Positions 35,608 through 48,178 of a stretch of 55,699 nucleotides of DNA are shown piece after piece. Position numbers and translations under genes: made by a program. The notes beneath the pieces are model-generated. The model had not been told where the DNA came from. It did not search any database and was given only the letters and a program-made list of their open reading frames with translations. Location of the stretch: the NCBI GenBank assembly GCA_024704765.1, contig JAKMXF010000056.1:1-55699 (forward strand), given 5' to 3'. Source of the DNA: Oopsacas minuta. Taxonomy: Eukaryota; Animalia; Porifera. The stretch's first letter is position 1; each line of letters starts with the position of its first letter.

Positions 35608-38600
35608 TTTCCATAAAATGATTGGAAAATAATCGTATATATATTTAAACTTATATGAAATGAACTTAAAATAATTTTGAATATATATTATGATCTATAA
35701 AATGATTCTAAAATGATAATTAGATTCAATAGCATCAAATTGATCTGAAAATGATTTTTCAATTCCACAAAATGATATTATAATGATGTGGAAATTCTAC
35801 AAAAATGATTAAAATGCTTTCATGTCCGCCAGGGGTCCAATGTACCGATAATCAATTTGTGCCATTTTGTGAATGGATATTACGAAATCGTAAATTTGGC
35901 GATATTGGCACAGGATTGGAACGTCCAATTCACTTTTAGATTCACAATATTCACCAGGTCACGATCTTAAATAGTATTAACTAAAAGTTAAGTTCAAACT
36001 TAGGTTTGAAATAAACAAAGTTTGAAATTAGGTAAAAAGGTAATATGATGATTGATATAGATTAAATACAGTGACGAATTGCCTTGAATATTGTTAGGCA
36101 TCTTATTACTACTTTTAGGCACATATTTATATAGTTATCAATCCATCTACTGTCCGAAACATCCAAATTAATTGCATTGATCTTTAAAAAGTTCTATTTT
36201 TATTAATTGGATATATTAAATCCCAATTGTGTAATATGAACGAAGAATTGATACAATTCAAAGTGAAAAAATTATCATCAACTTAACCAAATTATGTGAT
36301 CAGATATCTAGATCTACTATTAAAATACATAATACATGTACTTTTCACATATAGTAAATCGATACAGTAGATTTCCCAAATATCAATACTTTCCATAGCA
36401 TATCTGCAAATATAGCTATGACGTAATGACAGGCACTTGTTCTTCATAAATATCTATGGGTCAATAATAAATCAAAATAATATTTTTAGCTAAATATACA
36501 TCAGACCTATAAAATGGTGAAACACTAAAATGAGGTGAAATAAGAATTCTTTTTAAGTTGAGTGCACTCCATAAATACTTGGTAATGGAGTAAATTAGTA
36601 ATATCCATGCTATTATGGAATAGATATTTTTCAAAAAATATATTTCATCCAAATCGTTGTAGCCCTTTTCATACGATGTCAAAAAAGTATATTTGTGCGG
36701 TCCGGTGCGGGTCTGAAAATTTGTGTAATACTTGATGAAAGAAACTTCAGCTTGGTAAAATAATATTTGTCAATTTTGTCAACTGATAGATGCAATACTC
36801 CAAACTGATATTATTACTAAAGTATTTCCCTTTGGGTCATCAATACTAAACATCCTATGAAAGATTACTCTAAACTCTTATATTCTAAATTAGTGGATTA
36901 ACTGTTCTATAAAGGCAATAAGACAAATTGATGATTACATAACAACTTGAAACAATATATATATTTATGGATAAATCGTTGTATGTCCTGTAGATATTTG
37001 CAGTTAAATATTTATGATAACAAATTCTAAAAATATGTCCAGTTTACTTTGCTCTATTCCCTTGGGGAATATAAGATACGATAAATATTATTATTATAAA
37101 ATAATGTTCAAATCCGTATTAGAAATTTGGCTAATACCGCAAATTGCCACGCTGTATCTCTGTAAGAAATATTTATGTAAAAGTAATAATATAATTAGGA
37201 GGCGCCGGGGACAATTTAGATAAATAGTGTAAAAAGTTATTATCAAGAATCGATGTGTAAAAATTAGCGGCGTCGAACAAGGAGTCATTCGAAAGGGTTG
37301 GGACAAAATTCGAGAATGGATCATTGTCACATTCCTAAGGATATTTTCCGTTGTTTGGGAAAAATCCCTCCAAATATAGTCAATATGTAAATCCAATTGC
37401 TGAGAGTTTAAGCTGAACACGAATATAGCAATATAAGTTGAGCTGATAGCAATTGAATTTGCTAGCATACACATTGCCAATACCGGCAATTTAAAAACCG
37501 GACTAATATTTGAAATAGCTGACAAGGATGACATAAGGCAGATCTAGATTGCCTCTAGTTCTCAAAATATTCTCCGCGATGGCTACACGATAAGGATCAT
37601 AAAATAACTTCCACAATCATGAATTTATCATATTGGAAAATATTTGTTGTTTACATGAGCTAATGTAAAGAATAATTCCAAATATTCTAAATTCTCATAT
37701 GTAAATTCTTAAAGTTTCTCTGATCACAAGGTAACCAAATACTTGAAATTTCAAACTAGCGATACAAACTAGGCCTGCATGAATGAACAAACGTATTCAC
37801 TACTATATACCCAATGTAAAATTTCCACACAAATTTACAATAATATTTGATCTTGACGGCCAATACAGTAATTGAAAGGTTTTATACATTCTATACCCAA
37901 TGCAGTGGCTCGCTAAAGAATTTTGGACTAGGGATAGAATAGTTAATAAGTACATACCGAAAGTGGAGCTACTTTGGCCCACTGGGTTTGCATTAGCTCA
38001 AATATCAAAGCTCCAAAGAAACTAGATTAGATTCAGTATTGTCTTGATAATGACTTGCCAAATTTTTAACGAATTTTCAAATATCGGTAGGCAATTCCGA
38101 AAACAAATACAATCTATTCAATAGGTAAGAACTTTCAATATTTGGGCTAAAGCAAACCCAGTTGGCCAAAGTAGCCCCAGTTTACGGTATATAGAAAGGA
38201 AGTCTATTTGTGTAGTATTGAAATCGACCAAGAATTCATTTATTAAAGAATTTCGCAATAGTAAGATTTCTTCGCAATTTTTGATAAAGAAGCAAACAAA
38301 TGAAGTCATTTCTCCCTGGACAGTTTTGTAGAAATAGACTCTGTCATAGCCTACTAAAGATAAGGCTTAACAGTAACTTCATTTATATTAACCAACCATC
38401 ATACATTTTTCAAATTTCTGATTTTTAATTAACTATATTGCATAAAATCAGCTGATAGATATATATGCAATACACATTTTTCAATGACATACCCTAATTA
38501 CTAGTGATGGTAGTCCATCACACAGCTATTTCATTTAAGATCCATTCACTTTTCTGCTCACTATAAGCTTGCATATCTCCAATTTCTCCTCTGTCAATTA

Positions 38601-39571
38601 GATAATATATTTATCCCAAAGAACAGGCGAAGGTACATTATACCTACTCAAGTCATGTCAATTAACACTAATCTCATTTCTCCAGTAAGTTATACATATC
38701 TCCAGGTTTAGAGTGTCTTTCTCTACCCCATGTTCAGACATTAAATACATTGTTTCTTCATTTGACATTGAAAACGATTTCTCTACCTATCTCACCCAAG
38801 CTACTTCTTCCTTCAGTTCATTAGAAAGAAATGTTTTAGTTCAAATGGATGAAACACACGTTAAATCTGATATTACTTATAAAGGAGGGAAAATATTCGC
38901 TCCTAATTTGGAACCAGAGGACCCAACCAGAACTGTGTTCGCGGTAATTGTATCTAGCTTACATGGTCGTATATTTCAAGTTCATTACCATATGGTTCTA
39001 TTTAGCTGAAAAGATATTTCCTATCACCAAAGAGGTATCATTGATATTGAGGATTGTAGTCTACGTGTACAGTAATTTCAGCTGACAATTATGCTTTGAA
39101 TGTAAATCTTTTCAAACTATTTTCTCAGAATGGCAAATTGAAACTAGAGTACTTCATCAATTTGATCCTACTAGATTTCTCTTCCTCTCATTCTATTTTG
39201 TTCAAATTTTAAAAAGTATACTTAATAATTGGTTGAATCAGAAGAATTTTGATAAGACAATGGATTTCATAAGATAGAAGATTTTGAGATTGATAAATGT
39301 CAATACCCCATTTGTCTCCATTCAGCATCGTTCAAAATACACTCCTTCTATGCAACTCTGAAAGAAGAAGTTAGCGAAACTGGCTCGTCAGTTAACAGTG
39401 AAAACTTGTTTTCCTTCTAGTATAGAAAGGCAGAATGTCAGATTAGCTCTGAAGGTTATCAATGAACTAACATTATCCGCTCTTGAGATTCAAAATTTAA
39501 AACATTGTGAAGATTATCATAATAATACCTCTATGTTTGTTAGAATCCTTCATACACTGTGGAAAATATTC

Positions 39572-41677
39572 GGGGGCGCTGCATTAGGTCGAATTTCGGT
39601 GTTGGTATAAGGTCGAATTGAAAATGTATCGAATTTAATATGTATGCATTAGGTCGAATTTCGTGTGTTGGCATTAGGTCAAATTTTATATGTATGCATT
39701 AGGTCGAATTTCATTGTTTACATTAAGTCGAATTCCAATTGTCTTATTCATTAATTGATTAATTTCTAAATAAATGTGAGAATTGAAACTTAATGTGAAA
39801 TATGAAGTGTGTAAAATACTACTTAACCAGGTATTCATTGTAAAATGTATAAGAGATGTTAATTAAGAAAAATTTGAAATTTGCCTTCAATTATGCCTCT
39901 GCACGTTGGACAAGTCTGTTGAAGTTGATCAATTGTGTCGCTACACTGTGTGCAACAATTTGCATGCCTGCAAGGCATGAATACCCATGTGCTGCTCCTT
40001 GTTTGTAGGCAAACTACGCATTTATTTGTTTCAATACTACCAAAAGATTCAGGCTCCTCTAACATATCAGAATCATCTGAATTAATTGTGTCTTCTAATG
40101 AAGTAGCATTGCCTATATAGCAACTAATTCTTTCGAGAAATTGTATGGGGTAGTAACTCCCACTTAACAGTTTTTCTTTGCAGCGCTTTCGATGTTCATT
40201 ATTCATTACGTTCTTCTTTTTGCTTGGTCTCGTTATCTCTTCCTTCCTGTATCCGGGCCATTTCATTATCATAGTCAGCAATTATATTGTTAATGACAGT
40301 CAAGAAATTCCAAATTCTTGGATGGCTTGATTTTATGATGGACTTTAATTTTCCATGATAACTTTCTGCTGCATTGTTTGTTACATATTTAAGGTTAAAG
40401 ATTGACAGTTCTTCAGGACCAATTTTAGTTAGCCACTGCTTCTCAAAATAATTCAAAAATACTTCAAGTTTCTTCATTTAACTTTGTTGCAACGTTGGAA
40501 TTTGAAGAAGGTTGTATGTTGGAAGAATCAATTCAGCTGGAAGAAACGGAATTGCCATAATCTTCTTAACGAATGATGCACATTCCGAATTTCCTCGGCA
40601 AGTCAAAGCCAAACCATACTTTTGAGTTTTTCTCCAAATAGCTTGCGTATAATGGAACCAGCACCCGTTCACCCTAATTCCTGGATAAACTAGCTTGACA
40701 GCATTCCGAGCTGCTTGTTTCCAATCTGACATTGCGCAATCCGGTTCTAGCTGAGGAACAAGTTCTCGTATCTTCTGTATAACTGCCATGTATAGCTCAT
40801 CATCTTTATTAGTCAGCAAGCAGTGAATGGCTGGAATTGCATGTCTCCCAACTGTAAGAAAAAGAGTCCACAATTGGTAAAATTGTTTAGGTACGGTGTA
40901 GAATGTCCCGTCAAATTGGATATTGGTAATATCTGCGAGTAGATCGTATAATTTGTCAGAAAAGAAAATGACAGCTATCCGACCATCTACAATGACAGTA
41001 GCCTTATGATTTACTGCAAAGGTTGTTGTGGGTAGAACTTCACTAAATTCACTAGCAGACTGTGGGATCATAGGTTGTAATATTTTCCTTGCCCGAAACA
41101 TTGACGATACACATTCTTTAAATGTGACTTGAGAAGCAGAGGGATTTGATCTCGTAACATCGTTGAATATGTGTCTCAGATTGTGTTGCGAGGTTTGAGA
41201 TGTTGTTTTGCACTTTGTTTTAATTGCATATACTTCAGCACGATAGTCTTGTAACCCATGATTATGTTCTGACTTAGGATAAATCAAATTCGTCGCCTTT
41301 TCCAATTTCGCACTTCCTTTACAGCCTTCCTGAATAGTACACATCTTAAGTAGAGAATATTTTCTATAGATTTATGACAGAAGTATTTGTAGCCATCAGA
41401 GGAGGTGTAAACTTTTCCAGTATTACGTTTGTATTGGTCGAATGAATATTCCATGATGCACGTACACAATAATGTACATATTATAATCATCATCCAATTT
41501 ATAATAAATGAACAATAGGAACTGTTAGTATGGATTAAACACCAAAATTGTTATTATTAGTAGCAAAGTAAAACATTTGAACGAAACCTACTACATGCAA
41601 CTAGAATTCGACCTAATGCCAACACACGAAATTCGACCTAATGCCAACACCGTAATTTGACCTAATGCAGGCACCCC
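39572..41677 (-). mobile_element. Mutator-like element (2106 bp) with TIRs and an 8-bp TSD
   Basis: Termini gggggcgctgcattaggtcgaattt and aatttgacctaatgcaggcacccc. The TSD is AAATATTC (39564-39571 and 41678-41685). Removing the element restores tggaaaatattcaatgtt (WKIFNV) in the P remnant. Confidence 0.92.
39859..41454 (-). pseudogene. FLYWCH-MULE transposase with a C-terminal C3HC4 RING finger (about 530 aa reconstructed, 3 lesions)
   Basis: ATG 41454 gives MEYSF...YLRCVLFR, then a frameshift at about 41325 into GCKGSAKL...HNH. Core motifs are FDGTF, AMSDWKQAA, GCWFHYTQA and TNNAAESYH, with an in-frame TAA at 40480-40478 and a frameshift near 40240. The end reads CVVC-x12-CRH-x3-CTQC-x10-CPTC...FQIFLN*. 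Confidence 0.85.
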
Positions 41678-41889
41678 AAATATTCAATGTTATTATACCC
41701 TTCAATGGCATTCGTTTAAATGGCAACTTCTCTAAACCCTGTGGCTCAAGCCCACACAGTTCGTATGACTCAGACTTAGCTTTCAGAAAATATACCCAAT
41801 TTTATCAGTAAGGAAGAATGGCAACAGTCCATGGATTCCCAATATAGGCGATATTGGAGAAAAATGCATGCGCAAAAGCTCATATTAAT

Positions 41890-42141
41890 ATTGCGTTATT
41901 AAAAAGGATACACTTCGTGAATAGGCTAGAATCCCAGAAGAAACGCTGCGCGCCATAGTAGAGGCAGTGCCAGGGCGTCTACGAGCAGTAATCACAAAGA
42001 GAGGTGGCTACATTGAATAATTCAATCAAATATAATCAGTTGCAATATGTGTTTTGAAATATCAATTAGTAAATCTATGTAAGAATAGTCTAGCAATGTA
42101 GACAAATGATTAGATTATCCAAAATACGTTATCGATTACTG
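41890..42141 (+). mobile_element. Tc1 3' fragment
   Basis: IPEETLRAIVEAVPGRLRAVITKRGGYIE* (Tc1 C-terminus), followed by an end in ...gattactg|TA. Confidence 0.7.
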
Positions 42142-43230
42142 TATACATTTTTGTCAGGCCGGATTAAGGGTGTATGGGAAGAGTGCTAAGTTCTTGAGGA
42201 AATATACATTTGTTGCTGGAAAAAAAAATGAGTTTATTAAAATAGGCCCTAACCTTAAGTGGGTCTAGGGATTTAGACCGGCCAGCCTTATAGTATATCC
42301 GCAACTGATTCTTGTCATTAGCGATCATATTATTACTGGTAGGATAAGGGGAGGAGAACATTCATTTTCTTTAGGATCCCTGAGTGAAAAATCAAGTTCA
42401 AGGGACTGGGACTAACATTTTTTTGCAAAATGTTTGAGAATAATTGATCTACTTGGATTAAAACGTTCTCGATTAGTACGTATTTAAGTTAGTGAGAAAA
42501 ATTTTTATTTCGTGAATGGCGAGTTAAAATGTGAAAATGTACGGAAATCTCAACTTGATATGCAGGTCTTCCTGGCTAATAATGATACAATTACATGCCC
42601 AAAACAAAATAGAATAAATTTGTTTATGGAAACAGGGTTACGACGAGAAATAAGTTAAAACGCGTTTCGAATGGAAACTGTTTATGATTGAAACGGTGTT
42701 AGTACGGAGCACAAGAAGGAATAGAAACTTGCTTGCAAACGTATTAGCATATTGAAATAGTACGCATGATAAAAAATTAGTAACTAAATTGATAATTAAC
42801 AAATAAGTAGTGAATTAGAGATATCTATTAGAGAAACCAAGGGGAAAGTAAAAATGTAAAATGGTTAAATAGAAGGTGTTTTGAAGTAAAGTATCAATTT
42901 ATCATTTGTATAAACAAATACATAAATGCAGGCCGTGTTAGATTAGTCTAACAAAAAATTAAAAATAAATATCACAATTCAAAAGTCTTCTCGATAAACA
43001 AGTCTACATAGTCATGTCATGAATGCACAATATAGTATGCAAACTAAAGTGATGAAGATATGCAAAGTAGAATCTCCCAAAGTGAGGTGAGTAAGTGTGT
43101 TTAGAACACAATAGCCTAGTGGACGTCCAAAAGTGGGGTTTTGAGTTTTGGAAAGGAAATTTTGAATAAAATGGATAAATATTTCATTAGTGGGTGAATA
43201 TGCATAGAACATGCAGAATTGAGCATATTA

Positions 43231-44569
43231 CTACGGGCGTTCAATAAGTAGTCGTTATCACATTGTAATTCTAAATTTTTCTAGCACAATTGTGTAATCA
43301 GTGATGGAGTTTCTCAAAGTATTCCCCTTCGTGCTGTAAAACCAATTTCAGCCTTTTTATCCAATCGAAAAATACTTTTTTGTAGTCTTCGGTTGGTACA
43401 CCTTTCATATACTGGAAAATCGCCGATCCTATCTGAGCTCGACTCTCGAATTTCCTGCCTGATAGATGTTTCTTTAGCTTTGGAAACAACCAAAAGTCAC
43501 AGGGAGCTAGATCTGGCGAGTAGGGAGGGTGATCTAGCTCCACAATTTTCATAGCTTCTAACTTTTCTCTAACCAGCTTTGTCTTGTGCGGTCGGGCGTT
43601 ATCATGCAATATTCGCAATCCACGAGTTCCAGTCCTTGGCCGTCGATTTTGGTAGAATTTTTCAACCTCTGTTAGACACTCATTGGTGTAGAAGGAGCCT
43701 GTTATTGTTTGGTATTTGGGGACACAAATCTGGCACACTGGACCATTAGAATCAAAAAATATACAGTACATAACCTTCGGATCCCGAAAGTCATGTCGAG
43801 GGATCATTGGTGGGTCCTGTCCTTTTGCCACCCATACTTTGTTTGCTTCTTTTGATAAAGGCTCAGAATAACGTACCCAAGTTTCGTCACCTGTTACTAT
43901 CTCAAATAACCTTCTGGAGTCAGTTCGATCAAACTCAGAGAGCAATTTAGTAGCGCATTGGACCCTCTTTGCTTTCTGGACCTGAGTTAGTAAATGCGGC
44001 ACCCATCGAGCACATATCTTTCGGAATTTCATATTATCATGTACAATAGCTTGAGCAGTTCCCGTTGAGATACCAACCGCATCAGCTATCTCCACAAGCG
44101 TGATATGAGGGTCTTCTTCAAGTAACGCGGATACCTCAAGGATATTTTTGTCATTGGTGCTGGAAACTGGTCTCCCTATTCTTGCCCCATCTTCAATGGA
44201 CACTCTACCTTCACGAAAGCGTCTAGCCCAATCAACAACAGTGGAATATGGAAGTGCTGTATCCTTATAAACTTCCTCTAAATCTTTGTGGACATCTGTT
44301 GGTGAAACCTTGAGCAGTGTTCTGATCTTCACATATGCTCTCTGCTCAATTTTGAAATCTGTACTTTTTGAAGCCATTAAAAATGTTACTATAATAAACT
44401 GTCAAAATGTAAATAGGTACAATATTTCAACGAGACATCAGAATCAAAAAAGCTCTGCATTATTGAATTCACAATAGATGGATTGTTATTAGAAAATTCA
44501 GTTTGATCTAGGTCGAAATATTCCGACTTACAAAATTTGGAATAACGACTACTTATTGAACGCCCGTAG
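43231..44569 (-). mobile_element. Mariner family E, intact element (1339 bp)
   Basis: Perfect 28-bp TIRs ctacgggcgttcaataagtagtcgttat, TA on both sides, and an uninterrupted ORF. Confidence 0.96.
43298..44377 (-). CDS. Mariner transposase, D,D34D, 359 aa, intact
   Basis: WVPHLL, TGDETW, HDNARPH-(34 aa)-D in YSPDLAPCDFWLF, an N-terminal HTH region, and no stops. Confidence 0.96.
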   Translation of the reverse strand: MASKSTDFKIEQRAYVKIRTLLKVSPTDVHKDLEEVYKDTALPYSTVVDWARRFREGRVSIEDGARIGRPVSSTNDKNILEVSALLEEDPHITLVEIADAVGISTGTAQAIVHDNMKFRKICARWVPHLLTQVQKAKRVQCATKLLSEFDRTDSRRLFEIVTGDETWVRYSEPLSKEANKVWVAKGQDPPMIPRHDFRDPKVMYCIFFDSNGPVCQICVPKYQTITGSFYTNECLTEVEKFYQNRRPRTGTRGLRILHDNARPHKTKLVREKLEAMKIVELDHPPYSPDLAPCDFWLFPKLKKHLSGRKFESRAQIGSAIFQYMKGVPTEDYKKVFFDWIKRLKLVLQHEGEYFEKLHH

Positions 44570-44799
44570 TAAGATAGAATTCTGTACAAAATGATACATT
44601 TCTCAAAACTGTGGCTTAGCTAATATCCAAAGAGTTAGAAGACCAAATTACTATAATATATACGAACTAGGAAAAGTCATGTATGTCAAGTGTGGGGCAC
44701 TCCGCTTTGCGGGGTGAAGAGCCTTGCAAATGCTTCTAAGGTACCCACTTTGGGAGCTTATATCATAAAAATTATATATTTCCATACAAGTTAATGTAC

Positions 44800-45083
44800 C
44801 CTTAAAATCTTCCCATGTATCCGCTAAGTTAGAAAGCTCTAACTTTTCTTTCAATAAATCTGTCTTGTTCAGAAACAAAATTATTGGACTAGTAAGAAAC
44901 CAAGGGTAATGAATAATGGTATTAAAAAGATTCAACGATTCTTCTAAACGATTTTGTGTTGCATCCTCAGCAAGAAATTGATCATATTCTGAAATCGCTG
45001 TTAAATACATTACAGCATCTACACCTTCGAAGCAGTGTATCCACTTTCTCCTTTCAGATTTTTGCCCACCTACATCAACCATC
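44800..45083 (-). CDS. GNAQ: Gq-class G-protein alpha subunit, internal exon (switch II to G4), 284 bp
   Basis: Acceptor aattttag|G ATG (phase 2) and donor AAG G|gtacat (phase 1). It encodes [19 protein letters not shown]...[10 protein letters not shown]...[22 protein letters not shown]. The YPWF and SEYDQ motifs point to the Gq class. Confidence 0.93.
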
Positions 45084-46381
45084 CTAAAATTAGATAAATA
45101 AGCGTAGAATAAAATTGCAGGGAAAACAGAATGTAGGAGAAACATGAAATAGACATACTAGTCAAAATATAAGGCACCAGAATGAGCATAAAAAGACCAA
45201 AAGTGAAATATACTCAAAGTTATCGCTAACAAGGGCAGATTAAGGTAGCGAGGGGCCCTTGGTAAACAGTCGAACGCCCGAGGGCCCCTTCCCACAAATT
45301 TGCAATCTCGCTCATCACCACACCCAGTGTTTCCTATATGAATTTCCCCAAGCATTCATTGTGCAACTTCGGTAACGCATTAACGCAGATACAGGATTTA
45401 ATATAGATTGAGGTTAGTTTTAAAGCAATAAAAAATTTAAATAAATATTATTTGATGAGTAATATTTTCAGGTAAATCAATTTGCGATTTTTATGATCCA
45501 AATCGTCCAAATAATGCAAATTGTCCATAGCCAAATGTGAATATCCTCTAGACGCGATGACATTTGTATTCTGAAAGAGATATGATTGGGAGAAGTAAGC
45601 ATTGGAGGAAGTTATATACTCGGTTAATAACAATATAAGGAACCAAATTTTGATGAATATCGGTGTTAGGCGTCATTTTGAGGCGACCCTGAAGACGTGT
45701 GAAACAGTGACAGTGTCGCAGTTACGAGGCAAGTGTTTTTTTGGGAAGTTTGTAATGGGTACAGCGCTTATAAGGGGACCAATGCTTACAAAGAGTTCGT
45801 GTATGTAAGGAGACCTCGATTAGGACCCATGAGCTCACAATGGGGCCGATTTAATCAACTATTTCTAAGGATATTAATTTATTTCGGGATTTTAACAATT
45901 TCCCTGGCGTTTAAATAGTGTTACAAGCAATATGAATATTTCCTCTATTTTGTCAGAAAATAGTGGGAAATACCCAATATTTCCATCGATTTCCCTGGAT
46001 ATCATACCAATCCCGGAAGATAGGCAATCAAGTCCCACGTTTATTAGGGGACTAATGCTTGAAGGGCTTGGATGGGACCCCGCGTGTATTAAATTTAACA
46101 ATTACGTTGTTTTAAAACTTAGATCCGGTTAGTGCATAAGGTCATACGTGGGTTTATACAAGTGGTGTTATCTGGAAAACATTGTTAGTAAGTATATCAT
46201 TCAAAGTACATACTTATAAACTAATCAAGGAATATATACGATATATTTAGAGTATTGAGATACTTAATTGCCAATTATATATGTACGTAAATGTAGTGAT
46301 TTGATCAGAAGGTATACAAAGATAGTAAAATGAATAATACCTGCGAAAGAACCCCACTGGTTGGTTGCCTTAAGGAAATGG

Positions 46382-48178
46382 CACAGTGGCACAATATGGC
46401 AAAATTGGCGGATAGGTATTTAGGTCTGTGCTAGTTCTGCATAATGTTTTATTTATATATGGGATATCGACACAAACTAGTCGATTAAAACTATCAGATT
46501 TTATATATGACTTCGAATTTTTCTGGAATGATGTCATACCACCTTCATACCATATATGATCAATTTTATTTTTGAAATTTTTAAGTGATAAGTTTTGAAT
46601 TATGTATATTATGTTACTAAATAAATTTAACATGTTGAAATATAGTAAATTGCTAATTGATACACTATATTAAGAGCATGAGTTAAGTATTAACTTCTCT
46701 ATCATTATATCTCTTGTCAGATAGTTGATTTGTTTCATTTCGACCTCTGATATTCCCCGATACTGAGCAAGGATAGGATCACTCAGGCTCAAGAGTCTAA
46801 ACTAAGATGTCACGTACATTGTATACAAAAAAGAACATATACGAGTAAGCTTCTCCCTATGTCTTCTTACATGTTTGTTTACGGCATCCAGGCATTCTTC
46901 AGATGAAGTCTTCAATCCGGAAACCGTCATTGAAATCACTGATTAAGTCTGAAGAATATACAAGGAATTTATTAAGAGACGGCGTTATGTTTTCGCAAGG
47001 AAATAGCAAAGATAATTAGAAAAAGGAATTTCCTCATAAGTATCTTTGCAAATGGAGTAGATTTTATTAGTGTCTCTCCTTTGATGAGAAATATAGACCC
47101 GCAATATTACTGAGAGGTTTTATGTGAATAGTGCTAAGAGCAAGTCGGTCTTCTTCATTCATCTTGGATGTATCACAAGGACATAAATATTTTTCATTGA
47201 GAAAACATTTTCTTGCTATATCACCAGTGGTAATGGTACGGTCATCACTGGATGGATAATCTATTTGAAAACTCAGCCTTCTCTAGCAAGAGATCACACA
47301 TTCGATGCATTGAAGTTTAAACTTAATGGTGTGAAGGCAGCCATTTCTTCATTCCGCCATCCAAATGATATTTCAATAGCGTAAGTCAGCGAAAGACACA
47401 CAAATAACTATGAAGAGGGAATGGGAGATGAAAATTTCATCAGATATTGAAAAAGGAATGCATGGATATTTGGTCTTTTACCATAAATATTCCAAAAAGA
47501 ATCCTTGGAATGCACTGATTTTTAGGATAAAAGTTGTTTCTAGATAATATTATTTCGAGTACATAAGTGCATTTCAATCTTAGGATTAGCTATTACTTTA
47601 ATATTAATTGAAAATTCCTCTAGTAGGGGAATTTTGTCCGAAAGATAAACTTCGCATTATTCCTTTAGTGTTATGGTCACAGTCGCTACGTTTTGCTACC
47701 CTCTATCTAGTAACATCTTAAAGGCAAACATCTTCTTTAAATGTTTCAGCCCCAAAACCATACGACCTCGAGTGCGCTCGAAAAAAGTTAGGGCCAATTT
47801 CTAATTAGTTCATTCTAATTTATTTTTAGTACTTAGATAATAATCGTCCTTGTAAAATATTTTGATACCGAATGTATCTAAACCTTTTTCTATGACAATA
47901 GAAAAGCTATATCGTCAATATTAAAAAGTCTATGTTCCATTCCAACTAACTTTTGGAAAATAACTTTGAAAGTAGATATTATTAGAATGAATAACATTCT
48001 TCAATTTCATGAGAATATTCACTTCACTATTTGCTCTTAGCACAGTCATGAGCAAGCTAAAATTCTGTATCAAATACACAATTATAAGTTTTCAACTATG
48101 ATGTCTTCGGAAAAACAACTTTCTTGGTGCTTTGAATATGGAAATTTTTACCCTAATCAGCCATGTTTTCCCACTGTA
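46382..48178 (-). mobile_element. Transib-type element, decayed and internally deleted (1797 bp)
   Basis: CACAGTGgcacaatatggc at 46382 and gccatgttttccCACTGTA at 48178 are imperfect TIRs. The 5-bp TSD is AATGG (46377-46381 and 48179-48183). Remnants include TITTGDIARKCF, ITPSLNKFLVYS and SSEECLDAVNKHVRRHRE. Confidence 0.8.

Larger units (their letters stand above)
38560..41810 (+). mobile_element. P-element/THAP9-like transposase remnant split by a MULE
   Basis: VLVQMDETHVKSDITYKGG and SSIERQNVRLALKVINE...HTLWKIF, resuming as NVIIPFNGIRLN after 41685. Confidence 0.78.

Noticed and set aside
44651-45145. 164-aa ORF as a complete G-alpha protein
   Set aside because: Only 44800-45083 is exon; the flanks are intronic, bounded by AG and GT.
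46370-46633. ORF resembling the G-alpha helical domain (HIWYEGG...IKSDS; nearby RQPTSGV)
   Set aside because: It lies inside the Transib 3' region, needs a frameshift and has no fitting phase-2 donor. The upstream G-alpha exons were not found and are probably outside the window.
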